Shown in pieces: positions 55,114-64,000 of a stretch of 64,000 bases of DNA. This stretch comes from Hormiphora californensis (taxonomy: Eukaryota; Animalia; Ctenophora). The stretch covers positions 6,386,001-6,450,000 of the forward strand of contig CM035350.1 in NCBI GenBank assembly GCA_020137815.1, read 5' to 3'. The notes beneath the pieces are model-generated. The model had not been told where the DNA came from, did not search any database, and saw nothing but the letters and a program-made list of their open reading frames with translations. The position numbers and the translations under genes are program-made. Within the stretch, counting starts at the first letter, position 1, and the number at the start of each line of letters is the position of its first letter.

Positions 55114-56835
55114 TTAAGACTCCTCCTCAAAGTCACCTCCGTATTTGATCAGCTTGATGAATCGCTTCCAGTCGACAGCATCTCCCTTCATGGGGGCAAC
55201 ATCGTACATCTGCTTGATCTGAAACATAGACAGGGGTTACAATAAATAGCTCATTATTGAAGTACCATTTAACTGGTTGAGGGAGAGAGGGCATTCGTGT
55301 CAAAGGGTTTTCAATGGTGTTTCTAGTATCCCCAGTAGATGGGATACAATATGGAATATATAATTTCGGGTTGGGCGAGTGGTTAGTGAAGTTACTAACC
55401 ACTCGTACACTCCGAAATTATATATCCCATATTGTATGTATTGCATAGTTCTATGCTTGAATATTTTACCTCTTCTTTGCTGAATCGATCTCCGAGCTGA
55501 GTCAAGGCGTTGGTGAAGCTGAAAGGAGTAAAATGTAAGAAATATGTAACACTTATAAGTTTGAATCACTTATGCATCGTAATTTATGCTAGTTAACAAA
55601 AGGAAAATATGACAATATGTGCCATGCTAGTATAATGAAACTAAAATTGGTATCAATATGTGGAAACAAGATGCGAATATGATGTGGTGCTTTTTTGTGG
55701 GAACACACTGCAAAACTATGCTGAAATGCTGCATTTTTTGGAGTAAAAAGCAAGCTGAATGTCCATGTGGGGAAACAGTTGATGAAAGGGGCTGCTGGCT
55801 CCAGGTGATGTCGTGGTCCATGCTGCATTGCTGTAGGCTATCTGGCTGTAGGGGGATTGTTAGACAGTTGTGGCTTTTTGGCTGGAAAGGCTTCGATGAT
55901 GGTTGTCTATATCGAAATGGGCTGCCTGCTCATCGTGCTCGTCCATTACTTTTTCGTTGAGATAAGGCCAGTTAGATCAGGGTCCAAGGTCTTGAAGGCC
56001 TCCTGGAGTACATCATCAGTATCGGTGTTCTGCAGCTTATCTCCCATGAAGGTGAGGAACATGGTGAAATTAATGGGACCAGTTGACTCCTTGATCATGT
56101 CAGAAAGAAAGGCATCATCTTTGATCACACCTGGATTGTAATGTGGTTGTAGTGTGTGGTATACTTACTTCCCCGTCACACCCGAGAACCATACCCCTCC
56201 GTCTCTCGTTCATGAGTGTGATGGTGAGTGATGGAACTCTCATGGAAGGAGAGAGAGAGAGTAGTGGAGGGATAGATTCTCGAGAATGGCGGGCTGCTTA
56301 CACGGCGGCAGGGATGGAACCAACGTTCTCAATGTCGAAACAGGCGAAAGCGTTTGAAAGCACATCTTCGGGGTCGGTATCAGCCAGTTTCTCTCCCATA
56401 AAGGTGAGGAAAGCAGTGAAGTTAATCTGTCCGGGTGATGCCTTGGTCATCTCTTTGCAGTATTTGTCGTCCTGAACAATTCCTGATACACCAGATTAGT
56501 ACTCGATATACCATGCTAGCTCTTACTTACAGGCTCTCTTGACAAGTAATTACTCATCATGTAAAAGGGTTGTTTCACTTTTGTCTTATTTTGTCATGAT
56601 CAAGGTGACTCTCATTGCAAGGCCATTCTACAATGCACTTTTTTCGAAAAGCTCTGTTGTAGTATAATATGTATGGTGCCCTCATTGGGTTAAATTGTTT
56701 TCCTAGAAGCTAGATGAGCTAGGTGGCTGGTCGACACGTAGTTGGTAAAAGTGCGAAATTAGATTACCCAGAAGCAACTTCCCTGGCCTACTACTACTAC
56801 AGCTGCTGCTGTACCGGCTGGAGAGACAAGCTAAC

Positions 56836-56921
<86 letters not shown>

Positions 56922-58294
56922 ATGGCGAGGGCACTGCAAAAGCTGCCTGTCATCGCCTAGCTTAGCAGCCTTTCTGCACATTCAGTGAGCGGAATGTTTG
57001 TGGGCAAAGAGAGGGAGAGAAGGGCGAATTCTAGCTGGAATAAAGAATACCTGGTGTGCTTCTACAGTTATAGCCCTACAGGCTCCACAACTCGGTACTA
57101 TTTATTTTTAAAACTCGAGACCCAAGAAGTATACATGCATTGGGCAGTGATTTCAGTGGCGAGGCCATAGCCTGGCAAACTAAGTATTGCAGGAAAAAGT
57201 CAGCTTAAAATACACTCCATATCGTTTCAACCAGCTGAGCACCAATAAAAATCGTCGGTATAGCTATGTTCAAACACTGGTATGTCTCATTGTGGGGTCG
57301 GTTGAGGGTCAGATTGTGCTTCTACTCTGTCAGCTGCCAATGCTCTGACTACTCACCGAGGGAAGCCCACATGTCCTTGAGATCCTTGTCGCTGATGAAA
57401 CCATCCCTGTCCTGATCGATGATTGTGAAGGCCTGAAGAACACCGGTGTTAGAATAAACTCATCCAGGTCTGTTAGAAAAGATGTTTATCTAAAAAGAAT
57501 AAAACATTTCTTGAAGAAAAGAAAACTGCGTTTCAGAATCAGATCAAACACCACTGATCCTAATTTTGTTCTCAGTAGTTCAAGACTTTATATAATATAT
57601 CCTCTTTACCTCTTTGAATTCCTGGATCTGCTGCTGATCGAAGTTGGCGAACACACTGGATCCAGATCGCTGTGGCTTCTTACCCTTGGTCTTGGACTAT
57701 AGTTAAAGTTCGAAGGGTACAAAGGACCGGGGTTGGGGTGCTTCACTCATGCGAATCGTCATGCGACGGTTGCTTTTCATTGGACAAGTGACAGAAGACA
57801 CAATTACACAGGTTGGGTTGACAGTCACATAGTGTCTTCAGGGACAGTTATAATGTGAATGCTTTAATTTCATAAACAGGTCTTTGCTTTGTTAATGATT
57901 TGGTACAAATATGCTAGATATATAATGTTTTCAATTGAGGAATGATGAAAGAGTCTCAAATAATGATGTTCAATTTCTGTATTTCTCTAAGAAGTACAGT
58001 CTCAAGGGAATAACCATGGATGACAAGGCTGTTCATATGATATGTTTTTCAAGGCAAGATCAATGATATCAGTTCTGTTGCCAGCTGCAAGAACACACGT
58101 GTGTCTATGTGATATTTAAGCACAATGATATATTTTACAGAAAAGTAACAGATTTTACCAAAACTGTAGTTGACTTCAGAGGTCGAGAAGTAGTGGAATA
58201 TGATGAATCAGATTTACAATGTTATTTACAGGACAGGGGAAGAAGGATGTTTTTGATTGCTTGACATGCACTGGGTTTAGGTACTTACGGCCAT
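55114..58294 (-). CDS. Myosin regulatory light chain. Exons 58294-58289, 57696-57610, 57432-57357, (56482-56302 or 56130-55950), 55518-55470, 55218-55114
   Basis: [57 protein letters not shown]...INFT.FLTFMG.KL..TD..DVL..AF...LGDRFSKEE...; all junctions GT-AG and in phase. Confidence 0.95.
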
Positions 58295-58718
58295 ATTGAT
58301 GTTTAGGTTGCTCAAAAAGTAGAGAGAAGAAGCACAGCAAAATGTGGACTACAAATTCGTTACTGGAGCAAATATATCAGGTCAATATTTGAGTGAGAGT
58401 TGGGAGAGTCGGAACGGATGTAGTGGCGGTCACGTGTACCATATCACGTGGTCCGTCATTGCGTGACCTATGTCACGTGACTTACCAAGCGCTACAGGAA
58501 GACAGCAATATATTATATTCGTTTAGCTTTTTTCTGCACTCGACTCAACCCAATGTAATTGAGGCTTTCTACTGCCATTGGCCACGGACTTCGAACGCCT
58601 CCTACACAGTCCTGCTGAGGAGGCGTTCCTAGAGAGAAAAAAGAGAGAGAAACTTACTTTTCAGAAAGAGAAAGATAGTGTGAGAGAGAGAGAGAGAGAG
58701 AATGAGAGAGAGAGAGAG

Positions 58719-58769
<51 letters not shown>

Positions 58770-59737
58770 GAGAGAGAGAGTGAGAGAGAGTGAGAGAATG
58801 AGAGAGTGAGAGAGAGTGAGAGAATGAGAGAGTGAGAGAATGAGAGAATGATAGAGAGCTTAGAGAGAGCTTAGAGAGAGCTTAGAGAGAGAGAACTTGC
58901 GTGAGTGTGTTGAGAGGGTAGCAGCTTTCTCTCTGGTGACAAGTACTGTCACCACGCTCCGCTCACACACACTCTTTCTCCCTAGCTTCCACCTAGAAAG
59001 GGATTATAGGGGGTGTCTTGTGTGTAAACAGGGGGTTGGAAGCATTCCTTTCTTTTTTTGGTTGGTAGTGGTATCGAACTCCTAACTTTCTCACTACCGG
59101 ATGCACTGCATGAAATAACATTAGCACTTTCCTTACTCATTAATTCAATTTGTTTGCCCAGCGTGCAGAAAGAGAGGGAGGAGAGAGAGAAAGCACATTC
59201 ACTGCACAAGCCTCTATTTTACCAGTACACGGTACATTAATGGGAAATGGAAACCCTCACCCCAATAAGATTAACCACGTGGTGTAGTCCTGCACGCCAC
59301 CACCCGGCCTTACTGTTGAAGCAAAAACCTTCCACGGAATGTTTGGAACAATTGAGCACAGGTGTCACCAAACGGCAACCGTTAATATCCGTGAACAAAT
59401 CCATATTTAATGTGTTTCTGGCACCCAAGATAGAGCGAATCTGGCTCCACCAGACCCCGTCCGATTCTTAGATCGGGTCGGCACCGCCGGGCCACTCGCC
59501 AGATAGAGATAAGTAGAGCGAATATGGCCGAAATTGAAACAGTCGAAAGATACAGTTTAGGGAAGTAGTTTTGATATCTCCTTCTGGTGATCAACACACA
59601 CACACGCCCTCTGTACAACAGTTTAATGGGGAATCTCACACATACACGGGCAGAACTCGGTTAAGGAGAGATTAATTAGTATTCTGAATAATGAGTTCAG
59701 AGCAAGAATTAAATAGGGAAGAAAATCGAAAAATACT

Positions 59738-59813
59738 GGGTTTGACCGGGAATTGAACCAGGGACCTCCAGAGAGACATGCTCGGAGCTATAAACCACTA
59801 AGCTACCAAACCC
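59738..59813 (-). ncRNA. tRNA-like Pol III cassette (first of 11 copies; others start at 60060, 61152, then every 322 bp)
   Basis: Reverse complement GGGTTTGGTAGCTTAGTGGTTTATAGCTCCGAGCATGTCTCTCTGGAGGTCCCTGGTTCAATTCCCGGTCAAACCC followed by AGTATTTTT: acceptor stem, D arm with GG, A box, B box and terminator; anticodon loop non-canonical. Confidence 0.75.
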
Positions 59814-60183
59814 TATGTACTGATCGCATTTCATCGCTCTATATTCAAGCTCCTGCCCTTAGCTAGACACCATGTGATAAAGGGAAGTAGTTTTGATATC
59901 TCCTTCTGGTGATCAACACACACACACGCCCTCTGTACAACAGTTTAATGGGGAATCTCACACATACACGGGCAGAACTCGGTTAAGGAGAGATTAATTA
60001 GTATTCTGAATAATGAGTTCAGAGCAAGAATTATATAGGGAAGAAAATCGAAAAATACTGGGTTTGACCGGGAATTGAACCAGGGACCTCCAGAGAGACA
60101 TGCTCGGAGCTATAAACCACTAAGCTACCAAACCCTATGTACTGATCGCATTTCATCGCTCTATATTCAAGCTCCTGCCCTTA

Positions 60184-60950
60184 GGGCGCGCACAGACTGT
60201 TCATGCGTGATCATGTCCATGCGTGGACAAGATTTTGATCAAGTCACGCAGACTGTTCAAGCTTGATCATCTGATCAAGCTTGGACAGTAAAAACTGAAA
60301 CTTATTCATATCAGCAAAAACCACTGTACCCGACTAATTTTGATACTCTGAATCACGTAAGCTAGTTTTCAAATCCGTCAGAGGTCAGGAAAGTGTTCTA
60401 ATTGGGCATAATTGGGTCTAATTGACCCCACTTAAAACTTGTCACCTGGAAATAATAGACGCTTATGTGAGGGCACTTTTCCGACTAATTTTGATACGCT
60501 GAATCACATGAACAACTTTCCCACGCCCCCAGAGGTCGGGAAAGTGTCCTAATTGAGTATAATTGGATCTAATTGACCTTAATTGCTCAATTAGGGCATT
60601 TCCCGACCTTTGGGGGCTTGGAAAAGTTGCTTATGTGATTCGGCGTATCAAAATTAGTCGGAAAAGTGCCCTCACGTCATTTCCAGGTGACAAGTTGTAA
60701 GTAGGGTCAATTAGACCCAATTATGCCCAATTAGGACACTTTCCCGACCTCCGAAGGATTTGAAAACTAGCTTACGTGATTCAGAGTATCAAAATTAGTC
60801 GGGTACAGTGGTTTTTGCTTTGATATGAATAAGTTTCAGTTTTTACTGTCCAAGCTTGATCAGATGATCAAGCTTGAACAGTCTGCGTGACTTGATCAAA
60901 ATCTTGCCCACTTATGGACATGATCACGCATGAACAGTCTGTGCGCGCCC
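60184..60950. mobile_element. 767-bp palindromic PIF/Harbinger (Tourist-like) MITE, TSD TTA, interrupting the tandem array
   Basis: TIR GGGCGCGCACAGACTG; TTA at 60181-60183 and 60951-60953. The empty site CCC-TTA-GCT is visible in every other unit. Confidence 0.93.
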
Positions 60951-63900
60951 TTAGCTAGACACCATGTGATAAAGGGAAGTAGTTTTGATATCTCCTTCTG
61001 GTGATCAACACACACACACGCCCTCTGTACAACAGTTTAATGGGGAATCTCACACATACACGGGCAGAACTCGGTTAAGGAGAGATTAATTAGTATTCTG
61101 AATAATGAGTTCAGAGCAAGAATTAAATAGGGAAGAAAATCGAAAAATACTGGGTTTGACCGGGAATTGAACCAGGGACCTCCAGAGAGACATGCTCGGA
61201 GCTATAAACCACTAAGCTACCAAACCCTATGTACTGATCGCATTTCATCGCTCTATATTCAAGCTCCTGCCCTTAGCTAGACACCATGTGATAAAGGGAA
61301 GTAGTTTTGATATCTCCTTCTGGTGATCAACACACACACACGCCCTCTGTACAACAGTTTAATGGGGAATCTCACACATACACGGGCAGAACTCGGTTAA
61401 GGAGAGATTAATTAGTATTCTGAATAATGAGTTCAGAGCAAGAATTAAATAGGGAAGAAAATCGAAAAATACTGGGTTTGACCGGGAATTGAACCAGGGA
61501 TCTCCAGAGAGACATGCTCGGAGCTATAAACCACTAAGCTACCAAACCCTATGTACTGATCGCATTTCATCGCTCTATATTCAAGCTCCTGCCCTTAGCT
61601 AGACACCATGTGATAAAGGGAAGTAGTTTTGATATCTCCTTCTGGTGATCAACACACACACACGCCCTCTGTACAACAGTTTAATGGGGAATCTCACACA
61701 TACACGGGCAGAACTCGGTTAAGGAGAGATTAATTAGTATTCTGAATAATGAGTTCAGAGCAAGAATTAAATAGGGAAGAAAATCGAAAAATACTGGGTT
61801 TGACCGGGAATTGAACCAGGGACCTCCAGAGAGACATGCTCGGAGCTATAAACCACTAAGCTACCAAACCCTATGTACTGATCGCATTTCATCGCTCTAT
61901 ATTCAAGCTCCTGCCCTTAGCTAGACACCATGTGATAAAGGGAAGTAGTTTTGATATCTCCTTCTGGTGATCAACACACACACACGCCCTCTGTACAACA
62001 GTTTAATGGGGAATCTCACACATACACGGGCAGAACTCGGTTAAGGAGAGATTAATTAGTATTCTGAATAATGAGTTCAGAGCAAGAATTAAATAGGGAA
62101 GAAAATCGAAAAATACTGGGTTTGACCGGGAATTGAACCAGGGATCTCCAGAGAGACATGCTCGGAGCTATAAACCACTAAGCTACCAAACCCTATGTAC
62201 TGATCGCATTTCATCGCTCTATATTCAAGCTCCTGCCCTTAGCTAGACACCATGTGATAAAGGGAAGTAGTTTTGATATCTCCTTCTGGTGATCAACACA
62301 CACACACGCCCTCTGTACAACAGTTTAATGGGGAATCTCACACATACACGGGCAGAACTCGGTTAAGGAGAGATTAATTAGTATTCTGAATAATGAGTTC
62401 AGAGCAAGAATTAAATAGGGAAGAAAATCGAAAAATACTGGGTTTGACCGGGAATTGAACCAGGGACCTCCAGAGAGACATGCTCGGAGCTATAAACCAC
62501 TAAGCTACCAAACCCTATGTACTGATCGCATTTCATCGCTCTATATTCAAGCTCCTGCCCTTAGCTAGACACCATGTGATAAAGGGAAGTAGTTTTGATA
62601 TCTCCTTCTGGTGATCAACACACACACACGCCCTCTGTACAACAGTTTAATGGGGAATCTCACACATACACGGGCAGAACTCGGTTAAGGAGAGATTAAT
62701 TAGTATTCTGAATAATGAGTTCAGAGCAAGAATTAAATAGGGAAGAAAATCGAAAAATACTGGGTTTGACCGGGAATTGAACCAGGGACCTCCAGAGAGA
62801 CATGCTCGGAGCTATAAACCACTAAGCTACCAAACCCTATGTACTGATCGCATTTCATCGCTCTATATTCAAGCTCCTGCCCTTAGCTAGACACCATGTG
62901 ATAAAGGGAAGTAGTTTTGATATCTCCTTCTGGTGATCAACACACACACACGCCCTCTGTACAACAGTTTAATGGGGAATCTCACACATACACGGGCAGA
63001 ACTCGGTTAAGGAGAGATTAATTAGTATTCTGAATAATGAGTTCAGAGCAAGAATTAAATAGGGAAGAAAATCGAAAAATACTGGGTTTGACCGGGAATT
63101 GAACCAGGGACCTCCAGAGAGACATGCTCGGAGCTATAAACCACTAAGCTACCAAACCCTATGTACTGATCGCATTTCATCGCTCTATATTCAAGCTCCT
63201 GCCCTTAGCTAGACACCATGTGATAAAGGGAAGTAGTTTTGATATCTCCTTCTGGTGATCAACACACACACACGCCCTCTGTACAACAGTTTAATGGGGA
63301 ATCTCACACATACACGGGCAGAACTCGGTTAAGGAGAGATTAATTAGTATTCTGAATAATGAGTTCAGAGCAAGAATTAAATAGGGAAGAAAATCGAAAA
63401 ATACTGGGTTTGACCGGGAATTGAACCAGGGACCTCCAGAGAGACATGCTCGGAGCTATAAACCACTAAGCTACCAAACCCTATGTACTGATCGCATTTC
63501 ATCGCTCTATATTCAAGCTCCTGCCCTTAGCTAGACACCATGTGATAAAGGGAAGTAGTTTTGATATCTCCTTCTGGTGATCAACACACACACACGCCCT
63601 CTGTACAACAGTTTAATGGGGAATCTCACACATACACGGGCAGAACTCGGTTAAGGAGAGATTAATTAGTATTCTGAATAATGAGTTCAGAGCAAGAATT
63701 AAATAGGGAAGAAAATCGAAAAATACTGGGTTTGACCGGGAATTGAACCAGGGACCTCCAGAGAGACATGCTCGGAGCTATAAACCACTAAGCTACCAAA
63801 CCCTATGTACTGATCGCATTTCATCGCTCTATATTCAAGCTCCTGCCCTTAGCTAGACACCATGTGATAAAGGGAAGTAGTTTTGATATCTCCTTCTGGT

Positions 63901-64000
63901 GATCAACACACACACACGCCCTCTGTACAACAGTTTAATGGGGAATCTCACACATACACGGGCAGAACTCGGTTAAGGAGAGATTAATTAGTATTCTGAA

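Larger units (their letters stand above)
59559..64000 (-). repeat. Tandem array of a 322-bp unit (>=11 copies, runs off the window end)
   Basis: Exact 322-bp periodicity (gctagacacc at 59862, 60954, 61276, 61598, 61920...); copies are nearly identical. Confidence 0.97.

Noticed and set aside
59559-64000. CRISPR array, 5S rDNA or spliced-leader RNA array
   Set aside because: No unique spacers or cas genes and a eukaryotic context; no 5S similarity recognised; no leader-GT donor plus Sm-site layout recognised.

Overview
Eukaryotic, intron-rich animal genomic DNA with abundant (GA/CT)n microsatellites. My inference is an early-branching marine invertebrate such as a ctenophore, based mainly on the SMase D plus Cys-repeat architecture; this is not proven. 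It looks like an incompletely polished long-read assembly, because several conserved genes carry single-base indels and 42.6-46 kb is noisy. Genes reconstructed by hand: L-type lectin LMAN2/VIP36 (+, with two alternative TM/tail terminal exons); an intronless secreted sphingomyelinase D/phospholipase D with four 10-Cys repeats (-); mitochondrial Hsp70 (-); SMIM15 (-); a K-Cl cotransporter of the SLC12A4-7 type (+); a REEP1-4-like gene (+); a pentraxin-domain gene (-); and a myosin regulatory light chain with two mutually exclusive 181-nt exons (-). Mobile DNA: a 5'-truncated RLE-type non-LTR retrotransposon in a (GA)n tract, non-autonomous DNA elements with hAT-, Mutator- and PIF/Harbinger-type TSDs, a 1.46-kb CAC...GTG palindrome and a large foldback. 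The window ends in a near-homogeneous 322-bp tandem array. Each unit carries a tRNA-like Pol III cassette (A box, B box, T5 terminator) with a non-canonical anticodon arm.
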